A stretch of DNA of 62,158 bases, the filler included. It is 5 parts of 5 records of this genome, joined end to end, with 100 filler letters (N's around TTAATTAATTAA, not from the genome) between each part and the next. Parts side by side here need not be neighbours in the genome. Positions count along the whole stretch, not along the records: positions 1 to 16,269 come from DRR378314_676; 4 more parts are not named here. One strand, given 5' to 3'. Positions within the stretch are counted from its first letter, which is position 1, and each line of letters begins with the position of its first letter. A model generated the notes under the pieces. The model was given only the letters and a program-made list of their open reading frames with translations. It did no database searches and was not told where the DNA came from. Both the position numbers and the translations under genes were made by a program. Shown one piece after another: positions 1 through 12,670 of this stretch.

Positions 1-1779
1 GAGCTATCTGCGTCCCTCCGCGGGATAGGGGCTTTGTCCCCGCAGCGTGATACGTACCAAGTTTTGCGACGAGACGCTGTATGGCGCCCGAAGATATTCG
101 ACAATGATACTTCACTATCACTTACGTCCAGGGTCTGCGTATGTGCTGTTAGTGAATACGACATGGCGTTACCGGGCTGCACCGGGCGGGCGACAGTGCG
201 GATATCGGACTTGCCGACACGCGACACACCCGCGGCATTCGCAGACTGTGAAGTTCGAGCGGCGAAACCGGACGCGGAGAAAACAGCAGGCCGCTAGCCC
301 TTCAGTACGGAAGAGAGTTGTGAGGGCTCATACTCCCCTCCATTATGTTGCTGCTGGCTATTGTGCGCGTCTGAACGGGCCGTCGCTGGACTGAAAGCAG
401 AGCGCGAATCTCCCTTTCCCAGATGTCGAATGTTGCATGCTCCCGTTGAGGCTACGTAATGCGCGAATCGCCAAACTATACGCAAAATCTTTACCAGTGC
501 ATATGTGTTCGTTGTCATGGACATTAGTTTTTCTACGTGTACAGTCCGCGCTTGACGAGGTGACCGTCGCCTTCGACCAGCAAATGCGCAGTTGCGTCGA
601 TACCCGCAATCGCGAGTGTATTGAAGTTCTCCAAGGATCTGCAGTGTTGCCAGGGCGCGAGCAAGCGCTTCAACACATACCTCTTGTAGCGTATCAGTAA
701 TTTTCCAGTTTGCCCAATAAATTTGATTCATAGTTGACGAACAAGATATCGCGAGAAGAACAGCTCGCGGGGGAACGATATCCTGCATTGCGCGCGCACG
801 CGGCCGAGCCAGCACGGAACCCATAAGCTACGCTCCATGCAGCAAAGTCGCCCCAGCTATACGAATGGCAGTGTCCACCGCGAGGAAATATACACGAAGT
901 TGTTGCACAACATCGAAGTGTAGCTAAAATTTCCCGATTCGTACAATGTCGTACTTATTTTCTGGGTGCACTACTCGGTATACATCACACCCGTCTGTGT
1001 GATGGAACGCCATGGCATTCGTCCTTCGGCCGCGCAACCTGTCCAACCAGCCTCCGCATAGCAGCACCTCTGCACGCACATCACTGCAACCAGCTCACCA
1101 AGAGCCCTGTAGCCAGGGGAACTGGAATCCAGTCTTCGGAATGGTACGCTGTTGACGATAGGGAGAGATCGGATGGACTCTCTGACATAGAAGGGACGGG
1201 ATCGGTTCCGTTGCCATGGTGTTGCTCCAACAGCACGCACACGCTTGCTTCTCTCGGGCACGCCACATGCAGTGATTGTCCTGCAGAGGATTGCCGCACC
1301 GGATTCCACCACGTTTAGCATGTCTCTTTTCGTTTTGCACGTCACAAGATGGCGAAATATCTATCACTTGTTCGTGCGCGCTGATAGTATCATTGGGGAG
1401 AAATGGTAAACACCTCGACGGCCTATTGCGGCAAGAGCGAGCTGTCCTATCGTTCCCAGCAGCGGCGCGCGGTGTGCACCTGGTACGCCTACACAAAGAG
1501 GGAGAGAGCGAGCAAAGCTCGTGCGTGTGCATATGCGTAGAGATAGATGGAGATTTACGTTACATCGTTGCTTTCGAAACGAGAATTACGTCCCAACTGT
1601 ACTTTTTCACAGAGTGCAACTACAGATACAGTATATGTAGTGACGCGCTCCACTAGTATCTCGTAGCCACTCGTGTTCGCGTAGTATTTCCTTCAATTCG
1701 CCCTACCGTGGAACCGAGCCTATAGCCCATCCAGATGCCGTGAAACGACATTTCACATCTCGAGAAACGATATACGTAC

Positions 1780-2441
1780 TGCGTATCGCATCGGCATGCT
1801 GAAGTTGTATGCCATATTCTGTATGCGAAATTGCCGATGTGTCTGCTGCGAGCGAAATTATACCGTAGATCAGTAGGAAACCGACAATGCAAATCGATAA
1901 CAGAGCGCCCAGCACCGTGGCCGATTCCTGGCTCACGAGCGGCTCCTGTGTGGCCCCGTCACGTCGCAAATGAATTGCACGCAAAATTTCGATTCGACGC
2001 TGTTAGTGTACGGAGGTAATCTCAGCGAGGCACCAGTGAATAGTATAGTGCGCTACCTTTGGGGTGTTCGATGATGCTATGATTGGCTACCTTTGAACAA
2101 TAGTAGGCGCACATCTACGCGTTGGGGCGCCGTTTTTGCGGAAAATGGTAAAAGACTAGGACTTCTCGTGCAGACGGTCTGGTCAGGTAGGTTTCTACAC
2201 GCTTGCTGGCGTAGCCAGAGTGGCTCCGGATATCACCCAGCTCGCTACAGCACTGTATCACGGCGCACAGCAGCTGCACTTACTGCTGCTTTTGTTCATA
2301 TTTGCTGCGACGGGCGGAACAAGAGAACTTTCTGAGACAAACTCCAATACACAAAGGATAAACACCTGCGCGTGGGGAGGGTCGTGTGGGTGTGCGCACC
2401 CTGAACAGGTCCATCTTGCGCAGAAATTCGCCCTTTCTCAT
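1780..2441 (-). CDS. Partial, putative ERGIC2/3 (Erv41/46)-like membrane protein; first two exons only
   Basis: Exon 2441-2400 (MRKGEFLRKMDLFR, donor GTGCGC) joins in phase to exon 1945-1780 (EPLVSQESATVLGALLSICIVGFLLIYGIISL..., acceptor CAG, donor GTACGT). The layout of an 'FLRKMDLFR' motif, short linker and 'T-x-x-GAxxS' TM helix resembles the ERGIC N-terminus. Further minus-strand exon-like blocks toward position 1 could not be chained confidently. Confidence 0.35.
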
Positions 2442-3701
2442 CTCGCTTGCTTTCGCTGAGTTCACCCTGCGCATGACCATATGCAATCACAGCGCAATAC
2501 CTTGGTTAGTTGTTGCGATGCAGCTGGACATCGGTGCGACTGGAATCCGGCTCTGCCGAAAGCTACACCAAGGAACCGATCCCATCTGAAATGATGCGTT
2601 CTGGGCGCTCGCGGTGACACAGCCGTGTCAGCAGGCGCTGTGGCGAACTCTTGCGTCGCGCCGTGGTCGCGTTGCTGGCCCAGACCTGCCGCTTTGCTCT
2701 GTCCAGAGAAGAAGTTGCGTTTCTATTCTGCTCTCCGCGGCGCGAAGTATTAGCCTGTCACTGCCTCTATTTGTGGGTGTCCATGTGCTTACCTTGCGTG
2801 CAAACAGCGCTCCGGCTTGCAAATCCTTCCAGCGGAATGTGAGAATGGTAGAAGATGATTTTATTTTAACTGTTTTCGCGTGTGCCGGAAAATCTCAGGA
2901 ACGTCTTTTCAATTCTCTTGTCGCACGCTTGCCTCTCCGGTAAATTGGAGGGGACGAAGGGCAAAACAGCTCTCTCGGTAGCGTAAGCACATGGACTGCA
3001 CGCTTCTTGGTAGGGGTAAGCGAGTCGACGTGCACGTCGCGTCTGCTCTTCGTCGCTGTGGAAGCGCAGGAGTTGACGCGCACTCCTTTTTCGACTTGCC
3101 GGCATTCTTCACTCGTGGCCACGAAAGGGCACGACGCCATGGTTTTCACTACCTTTTTGTGCATGTATGGCTCCTTGCATCCTCTGTACCCCTGTCTTCA
3201 TGCAGTGAAGAGCCGTGTCCTGGAGGCGAGAAAAAAAAAAGCTACTTGCCGGTGAGCTTCTTCTCCTCGCCGCGACAGCAACTTTGCCCTACCCGCTGCA
3301 GTAGCTGTCGCCGCTGAAAGTCGACGAGAAGCGAGAGGACAAAGTATGGGTTTCCCGCATTTCCTCTCCGCAGTTCGATACATCGCGTACGCTTTTAAAT
3401 ACGACTACTACGAAGGAGCTCTCCCTCCACTTTCCTCCATGCGCTGCCGTCGCCTGTGTTCGAAACGCGCGGCGTTGGCAGTCACTTGATTGCGGGGAAC
3501 GTTGAAAGTATACCCAAGTTTCTTCCCCTCGCCGCACGACCACACTCCCTGTCGCGTTGCGCAAGCTTCCGCGCACAGCAACATTGGGAAGTACCCTAAC
3601 TCTGCTCTGCGTAAGAGCAAGTCCGCACCCATCCCCGCGCGCACACCTTTGACGCACTGCTGCGCTTTCGTTCTCCACCTGCAAGTTCGTTTACCGCGAT
3701 C

Positions 3702-5796
3702 ATGGGAGGATTCCAAGCGCCATCCGGACAAGACTGGGAACCTGTGGTTCTGTCGAAGCGCAAGCCCAAGGCCACGTCGAACAAAACAGACGTGAACACC
3801 GCAATGCGCACAGGGGACTCTGTCGAGACTGTGAAAAAGTGTACGTGCAGCCAGCGGGTGTCGTTGCTCGCCGGCGCGTCGGCACGCCCGTCCTCCGAGG
3901 CGCTGTCGCTGCACAGCAACGCTCGCGTCACGCTGCCGACCGCCAAGACTATCGCATTTGCGAGGATCTTCTTTTCTTGGCAATCATTTTGGTGTTCTTC
4001 CCATTCCATTGTTTCTTATATGGTTGGGTGAATGCTCCTACTCTATTGCAGTTAATGCTGGAACGAACAAGAAGGCCGCGACGGACAAAGATGCGCGAAA
4101 GCTCGACGACGAAACGGAGGCGCAGCGACGTGCGTTCATGGGGCCAGAGCTGCGCGGAATGCCGCGTTCGGACCGGCACCCTGTAACACGCGTGGACAGC
4201 GCGCTTTATCTCCTCTTTTTTCACTGTGTAATTTTTTGGTAGCAGTGAATTGCGAAATTTGTAGAACACATACTGCAGATAGTAGCTGTGCGGCATTGGC
4301 AGGCGCTATTGCGTAGCACGGTCTCCGCTGTAAAGCGTGGAAGCTTACTGTCAAGCTGGCGGGGAGTATGCGCATGGACTGTGCGCGGGAACCCGCTGCC
4401 GTAGGCGCGTCTCCCACTATTCTTTCCCAGTGCCTCTCTGTTTTCAACGCGGGCGCAACGTTTTCTTTTGGATGGATTGCTTAATGATTCGTGTGTACGC
4501 CAGCCAAAGGTTTCCGGGTATTTCATTGAAGATTGTGTTGGCGGCGCCGGGAGAGCGGTAGCGCACCGCGTGCCCAGGCAACTGCACAGACGCCGTGTTG
4601 AGCGCGCCGTGTCACGGCGACAGCGACGGTAGCTCTCGAGTAGGCGTGGCGGCATACGCTGTCTCGAAACGCTTGTCCTCTGTTTTGGAAGAAAGGTTAC
4701 ATATTCGACAGTATGTTTTTGCATACCTGTGGCTGCAGTCGATGTATGGCACAGAACAAGGCGTAAGCGCGTGGAGCTTGCGGAGCTCCTTTCGTGCTCC
4801 CGAAGAAGATTCGTTGCGTCCGCGTTTGGGCGCGACGCTGCTGCGCCACTGCAACGGCTTGTCTTGTGACGCTCGCCACGCGCACGTTTTCGTAGTGTGT
4901 CAATGCTGGCCCAGGGTTGTGGCGCTACTATTTTTCACCACCGGTTTGTGTTCTCTTATCACACGCAAGGGTCTGCATGGGACGAATGTTTGGCAAAGGG
5001 TTTCGTAGCGAGCTACCCAAAGCGTAGTCGGTGCACCGACTCTGTGTCCCGCGGCACATCGATGCTCCTTGTCGCGCAGCTGTGCGCTTTAGCTCGCGAG
5101 GAGCTTTTTTTTTTCTCGCGCAGGAATCATGTACTTTGTTGCGGCTTTTTTCCGAGGACGTTTGAATTTCAGTGCATCTTTATTGATCTGAGCGTGGTAT
5201 TTTCCTGCGGACAGCGTGTTGCTGAAGTGCATCCTGGGTGCACGCGTCCGCTCTGTCCCCTCGACTGTTCCTTGCTACGAGCAGATGAGACTGTCAGCTT
5301 CGAGCTCAAGCGTGCCATCCAGCAAGCTCGCCAAGCGAAGAAGATGACTCAGAAGGCGGTACGTAGTGTATTCCGCTTTTGCTCTCTGCACGATGAACGT
5401 GTCAATACACATCGTGGTGATTTGGGAAAAGAAACGAGAGATGGGAAGTTTGTAGCCGGAACCACGGGTCAATGCCAGTGTTGTCCGTTTCGCTTTCGCG
5501 TTGACGTGCACAGAGCTGTTGTTGGTGTTGCGCGGTCTATGTGCGACTTGCGACAGTACCGCACTTTCTCGTCTGCATATCAAGACGTGCACTCACAACT
5601 CGTGGCTCTCCGTGTACTTGTTTCCACTTCATGATTGGCTTGCGTCGAAATGGGCAACAAACAGCTTGCGCAAGCGATCAATGAGAAGCAAAGCGTAATC
5701 AACGATTACGAGCAAGGAAAGGCTATTCCGACGAACCAAGTCATCTCCAAGATGGAGCGCGTGTTGGGCGCGAAGCTTCGGCAGCGGAATAAGTAG
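3702..5796 (+). CDS. MBF1: Multiprotein bridging factor 1 (MBF1/EDF1), 4 exons
   Basis: Exons 3702-3840, 4052-4129, 5285-5358, 5665-5796, all GT-AG and in phase. Protein [22 protein letters not shown]...VETVKKFNAGTNK...[74 protein letters not shown] has the MBF1 N-terminal QDW motif plus the HTH domain. Confidence 0.95.
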
Positions 5797-8009
5797 ACGA
5801 AGCGGTGGCCCAGAAATGCTTTGTATGTCAGAGAGTATTGTTTTGCTTCTTCGGCACCTGTGTCTCTTCTGTTTGTTGTTGCTTTTGTGTTTCTGTTTGC
5901 TATCGCGAGTTCCTTGCGTTGGCAAAGCTGTGCGTTCGCTTGCGAACCGTACGGGGGTGCCGCTTTATCTTTGCGCTCTGAACTGCGCACGGAGTTGTGC
6001 AATGGTACAAGTACTTATGGACTATTTCTCAATAGGATTTGACAGCATCGCTTTGCTTATCCTTGCTTCAATGGACGAAAATTGCTGCTGCGCTTTGCAA
6101 CGCGAAGGATATCGGAGTGCCTTGTTTGTGAGAGTAGCGGTGAAGTGTGTGCTGCCGGAACGCGTGCGTTGGGATAGGCGTGGGAAGTTGAGTGTTTCAC
6201 GCCGTGCAACCAAGGGAAGGGGAATGCTGCAGCGCTCTTGTATCAGTATGGCTTGCCGTTACACCTTGCTCATCGACGAAATGCGGGCGCGCGAAGACGA
6301 GGCTGCGCTCTCGGAGGCGCCGCCCTGCTCTGTCTGCTGCAAACGCGCCGGGTGGGCGCTGTGGCGGCCCGCCGCTTGCTTTGTGCTGGTTCAGCACTAG
6401 GGGGATACAAGGGTTTAGACCGTCGAGCGGCGATTTGGATATCGTACACTCTGGAATACACTTTTTCTTTGTCCTTCCCCTGGTGCTTGTCCGCGCGCTT
6501 GCTCGCTTGTGCGCAGGGAGCTCCGCCCGCCGCGCCGTGGTGTGTGCAGTAGTGAGCGTGCGCAGCAGCGCCGCCAAACGGAGCCTGCTGTGTGAGCCTT
6601 TGCGCAGCGCCCGTGCGCGTCGGTTCAACGCCGCTGCTCCTTGCGATCCCTTTCGTCCTTTTCACTTCTCAATTGTACGGTCATACGTATTTCAATTTTG
6701 AAAGCGACTGCGTACTTGCCGGGTAAGTTTTGCCATCCTGTGCATTATTCTCGAGCTCCAGCGTGCTGCGCGGCGCCTTGTGCACGGAGCACTCTCACCC
6801 CCGAACTCTCCGGCGTTGCGCCTATACAAACGCCGAACTAGTTCAGCTTGCTGAGTGGCGTATGCACGAACGAAGGCATCCAACCACAGTCGAACAGGTC
6901 AAATGCCATGAAAATACGTGCCGGCTCGAGCGCGCACACTTGCCTAGCACAAGCCCGCGTGGGCGCGCGCGCGCCTCGCGTGTTCCTCGGCGTGCTCGGC
7001 CTGTGAAGGACGCGCGTTTGTCTGCCGTGCAGCGAGCACAGCAAAAAGGGGGGCAGCCGCTGCTGCACACGCGCCCGCGCCAGCCACGGCGGCCCGCTCG
7101 CCGCGTCAACGCGGAAGCTCGCCGCGCTAACCCCCGCGGCTCGATATGCGGGCGCACGTGCTTTGAAGAGAATCGTGTGGACAAATAGTTTCTTGTCTGT
7201 TCTGGCGAGAGAAATACGTCAAGCTTGCCAACGGGGATTTGGCAAGTGTTTGCGGCTGTCGCCAACTGCCAGCTGGGTCGCGCACGCGAGCTGCGCGCCG
7301 CTCTGCTGCAAAGCGCAGCGTGGGAGGCGCACGCAGCTCCGCCGCCGCTCTGGGTGTGCGTACTGGTGTACACACGGCAAGGCGCGATGGCACGGCGCGG
7401 GAACCCCTTACCCGGGTATTCTTCAAGTCTCACAGGCACTGTGAAGGCGTTTTTGATTGTGAATGCTCGTGGGCTTGCGTGTGCGTGAATGTGTGCCTGT
7501 GGCTCGCTGCCCACAGTGCGACAGCGCAGAGCACAGTGGCAAGTTGCCGGGAGGCTGCTCCGGGCTTCTTCGGCGTGCGCACCGCGCACGAGCGGATGCC
7601 AAAATAGTCTGCGCCATCAGGGAGCTTCCCACCCGTCACGAAGCGGCATTTCCATGCATCTGTAATGGAATGAATATAGCATCGACAGTATCGACTGCTG
7701 TTCTGCAGGCAAGGCCGTGCTAGAGGATGAGAATGGCCATAGCGGAATGAGTACCTGGCTCGCCCCGCTGCTGTCGCAGCCTCTGCCGCTGTTGCGGGTC
7801 GGTGCGCCGCTCCGTGCAGCAGGTGGTGTCGCTGTTTGCCGCAGTCTTCTTGCTGTTTGCGCGCTTGTTGTTTTCTGGTGGGTCGTATGAGTGGGTGAAA
7901 ATACGAAACCCACTGCAGATCGATTCCTCGCGTGAATACTGTTCGTTCTTACAACATCCGCCCACAACGCGATGCGCTGCGTTTCACTGCAGGGGTCCCC
8001 AACGTAGGG

Positions 8010-11000
8010 ATGAAGAAGTCTTTCGGGAGCGATTCTGCCGGGAGGTCAAAGTTCGCCACGAACAATGTAGCCGGTGAATTTCGTCACCACGGTGGCGGGC
8101 GGGATGGTGGCCATCACGGAGGTGCGTGGACGTTGTCGCAGAAGTCGCTTTTCTTCTTCTTCTTCTCTCTTCCTCGCTGTATCTTGTTTTGTGGGAAGCT
8201 GGCGTGCGCTTGCGCGCTGTACCGCACCGTTTTGTAGCAGCGTCGAGAGCTTCATGTCAGATGTTGCGAACGCGCGCAATACGTCCAGTGCGCGCGATAT
8301 CGTATGCCTCCTGGTGCCTATCGCGATGCTTCTTCCATATGAACTTTGCTACCGTGCTCGTTGGATGCTGGCGGGGATGGGGTCACTGCGAGCATCGGTG
8401 TTTCTATGGCGTGATTTGGTCGGGAGACTGCTTTCTCTGTGCGCTGCTCCCCACTTTGTGCACGTCTACGGTACTCCCTGCCTAGGTGTGACAGATTAGT
8501 ATACAAGAGCTGCATCCCACCTATCGCCGGTAGAAGCTTCTCAAGTTTGATATCCGTTTGATATGATTACAGTTCATGGGAGGCGCTTACTCGGCGCCGT
8601 GTGCGCGTGACGGCGCGTATTCGAACGGGCCGCGCGTCGACCACGGTGTGGATGTCGTGTGTCGCCGCGTCGTTTCCCGCGACGGAAGGATCTGTGTGTC
8701 GCCGCCGCGTATTGGAGTGCATTTGCTGTACCCTGTAAGCGCTTGCAGCATGGAAAGGAAATGATGGCTGTCTCGCGGTAGCTGTTTCGCAAGTGATTCG
8801 GATGGTTTGCAGAGAATGCGTTTGTGCGCGCATGACGAGGATCGTTTTCTACGCGGAAACCGCGCGTCTCCGCTGCGGCAGTGTCGAGGGCGTCTCAGTT
8901 CGGTAGCTTGCAACGCTGCTGCTGTTGTGGCATATATTCCTCTGCAGGGCATCTTACAGTACAGTTTGCGTTGATGCATGCTGCTGGTGAGGTTTCTTCC
9001 CCTGTTTGTAATTCCTTTCTTCTTCTTTTGTTTTCTTCTCGCGCTGCTCGATTCATTTGCAGGAAGGAGAACGGGGCTTCTTGACAAGGCTAGTCTTCGA
9101 GCAAAGCCCTTGTCTTCCGCGAAATCCCTTCCAAAGCCAGTGAATTTGCCGAGTCTACGTTCAGAGAACCGCGGCATGGACCCTATGACGCAGCTGGTAC
9201 CGGGAACCGCTGCGGTTGCCTCTGGTGATGCTACGCGCGGAGCGCATGGAGGTGCTCCGTCGAGCGTTTGGCGTTCGTCTAGTGCGAGTGCTCCTTCGGC
9301 CAGCACGAGTTCGAGCGGCACAGTGGCTGTGTCCACAGGCAGCAGTGGCCTGTTGCCGTCCAGCGGAGGAAATGCTCCTACTTCCTCAGCGATGGATGAT
9401 GTCTCTAGTAGCGCAGGCGCCAGAGGCATTTCTTCTACTGGAAAAGGAAGCAGTGTCGGCATCGTGCGTACAGTTCTCAAGCGTCCCACTCCCGACGGCA
9501 GTGCAAAGGGCGCGCGAGCGTCTGTGCACACTGTCGTGGAAGGAGGAAAAGATGCCGCAGAAGCAAGTGGAATCACTGCAAGCGAGAAAGCGCCTGCCGA
9601 CTCTGCCAACGAACGAAGCGGAAAAGGCACAGCAACTGGTGCAAAAAGTGCTCCTGCATGGGGCGGCGCCTCGGGCCCTGCGCCCACTCCTCTCAAATTT
9701 GAAGACTTTCCGGACCCTGCGCCTCAATATAAGCGCCCTCCGAACCCGTTTGCGCGCAGTGGAGGCCCGTACGGCCGCGGCGCAGAGAGCGAGATTGAGC
9801 AAATACGCGAAATCAATCGACGCTCGGGATTTGGCCGCCGCGGGGAGGCGCTCTACGGCGGCGCGCCTGAGGAATTTCCCGAGCAAGAAGGGGTCACTGC
9901 AGCTGCAGAGGTTCCCTTTACATCCCGGCTCGACGAGCCGGGCGACGTGCGCGTGTTGGACGGCGGGCATGGCGCGCCTCAGCGATCTCTCAGTCCGAAC
10001 CGCGACGGCGGTCCGAGCGTGCCCGCAGCGCACACCGACGCACTCGATGCTGCGCCTTCGAGCGCGGCGAGCGATCTTCCGCAGGATCCTCGCCTTGCTG
10101 CAACGCAGGTAGAGATGCCGCAGGATCCACGCATGCAGAGTACGCGCGAGCGCCGTGCTGATCTGCCGCGCGACCCGCGCGTTGCGGAGCGACAGGGTGC
10201 TATGCGCGCGAAGCCTCCAGCCACGCGGCAGGCCAGCGACGCTCCCGTGGACGCCGCAGTCTCTAGCGACTCGTATGGGCGGACCGGAGGATATCAGTCG
10301 CGCGTGGACGACACTTCGCCCAGCATGGCGTCGGCACACCGGAATTTAGAGGCTGGTAACGTGAAAGTTATGCGCCGGCCTGTCGGTGAAAGCGCGCGAA
10401 CTGCACAACCTCATGCCGCCGCAGGCAGCCGAACTGGAACGCGCAGCGCTATCGCACCGCAGCAACAAGCGCGCGGAGTGGAGCAGCGTCAGGAACGTTT
10501 GAGCGGACGCCAGGGCCATGGTGCTGGAGAGAGCGCGCCGCGCGTTCTTCGTCGCAAGGAAGGGCCGGGCCAGGGCTTGCCGCTTCCTGGCGCGCAATCC
10601 GCGGCACCCGGGGCACCCGCTTCGCATACATCCGCCCGCCAGTCCGCCTCCGCCGTGACGTCTGTGTCCACAAAAGGATCTGAAATGGGGTATGCGGCGC
10701 CGCATGTCGGTCAACATTCACAGGTGTCCGTTGCTGGTTCACCTGAGGAAATCGCAATCGGGCTCGGGCCGTTTTCCTCCTTGGACGCTGGCGTGGCCAC
10801 CACGGACGGCCCCAAACTTTCTGCCCTGGCGAATGCTGTACAGGAAGCCGCTGCGTCGCGGGCGGGGAGTAGCTCGACGGCCCGTTTTGAGACTGCCCCA
10901 TACCCGAATGCCGCCCAGTCGGCACACGCCTCTTCGTACGCCGGCTGGGAGGAACTACCGAGCGCGGAAAGAGCTCACGGCCAGCCACGCCCTCATGCAC

Positions 11001-12670
11001 AGGGAACGCAGTACCGTTTGCAGGGACACGCGCGTGGGTACACAGCGCCGGAATACTACGATACGCAAGGCACCGCCGTTGGGGGCGCCTCGCTCTCCGA
11101 TATGCACAGCGAAGGTGTCATGGCCGCCGGAGCACCGCAATGGCACCAAGCGCACGGCGACCTGAGCTTACGCGGGCCGTCCCTGCCTGGAATGGGTATG
11201 ACCCTGCCTGCGTACGGCTTAGACCGGTCTGGTGGGCAGGGATCGGAGACGGGATATTACGCCGCGATGGGCTCCGTTCCGGCTCTGGGATACGCGTTCG
11301 GGGTTGCTCCCTTTTACGCAACTGCTCAGACTCCCGGCGCGATGTATGCTGTGAGAGCGACGAGTGCAGATGCCCTCGGGCTGGGGCAGCTGACCGCAGT
11401 CGACCAGAGCGGGACGCCGATCATTGTTCGCCAGGAGGAAGAGGCGTTTTGGCACGGTGGCCATCCGGGCTCACAGTCCAATCAAGGACAAGCGGTGGGC
11501 GGAATGCATCGTTTGCACGCACCTGCCAAGCAGTATCCTAGTGGAGGAGTTCACAGTCATGCGCAAGGCTACGTTGGAAGCTCGGGTCACGCGACAGCGC
11601 CGGGGGTACATGCAGCTAGGGTGGAGCGGGATACTGCGCTGCATGTGGATCGCGGAGTGCACCAGTTTGGTGCTGTGCACGGAGGCGTGTCCGCAAATGC
11701 GTATAGCGGCGATGATATCAGTTTTGCCGTGCATGCGCACGAACGCGAAGCTTCGGACTCGCTGGGGCCTGGCAAATCGCGCAGTCTTGCTGCGTCCGGT
11801 CGAGGCACGTCGGCTCACGATCACGCGGCAACGCACGGCGGACTTCCCGAAGGCACACCGTTAGCGCAGGGCGCAAAGCGAGGCCGGGGGAACGCCCGCG
11901 GCCGGAGCGTCCGCGGCGCAGAGTCCCGTGTGTCACAGCGTTCGAAAGGAAGCCGCAGCCATCGCGGCAGCGACAGGCGTGCAGCGGACACTGAAGAAGT
12001 GGGTGGCGCCTTTGATCAAGATCTGGATAAATTTGTGAGCGACTTGACCAACGAGCTTCCGCATGATTCGGAAGAGGAAGGTGGTGATCGCTCGCTTGCC
12101 GGGCAGAACGGGGCTGTACCCGCTGCTGATCCATCTGGCGCGCATCGATCCTCCCGTCGGCAACGTGGTGCGCGGGGGCGCCGCCACGACACATCTCACG
12201 CTGGAGCTGCACGCGCGGAACCGGGTGCACCTCCATCAGACGAAGTAGCCGGCATCAAGGCACCTTCGCGCTCGGCGGGGCGGCGCCAGCGGGAAGACCG
12301 TCGCGGCGGTCGGGGGCGAGGAGCTGCGCGAAACTCCCAAGCGGCGACGGCGTCCGCTGTACCCACGCAAGACGCTAAACAGATTGAGCGCACCGGAGAG
12401 AGCGGTGCTCGGGAGGGCGGCGACCGCGGTGCGCGCCAGGCGCGACGACGTCGCGGCGGAGCGCGTGCTGAAGGTGGTCAGGATGGATCGCGTACACGGG
12501 GCGCCAACGCCCCGTCCGCTCCGCCTGCTCCGCCTGCTCCGCCTGCAGCACAGCCGTCCGCCGACGGAAGTAACCAGAGTCGCCAGCGGCGTCGTGGACG
12601 AGGCGGTCGCGGGCCGCGTGGCACCGAGGGGCGCAAGGAAGGAAGAGAACAGCACGGGTCGGACAAGTGA
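8010..12670 (+). CDS. BAT2/PRRC2 (MOS1)-like low-complexity RNA-binding protein
   Basis: Long exon 9063-12670 contains PKPVNLPSLRSENRGMDP, matching the BAT2_N core (PxNLPSL+xE), followed by disordered A/G/S/P-rich sequence and C-terminal RG/RGG tracts. The probable first exon 8010-8073 (MKKSFGSDSAGRSKFATNNVA, donor GTGAAT) is phase-compatible but less certain. Confidence 0.75.

Noticed and set aside
358..1500. Cytochrome P450-like fragments on the minus strand (PGAHRAPLLG; HICTGKDFA)
   Set aside because: The FxxGxxxCxG and ExxR context is lacking, and the pieces cannot be spliced into a P450-sized frame.
5800..7950. Many overlapping Arg/Ala/Cys-rich ORFs between MBF1 and the BAT2-like gene
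   Set aside because: No recognisable domains or consistent splice chain; treated as UTR or intergenic sequence.
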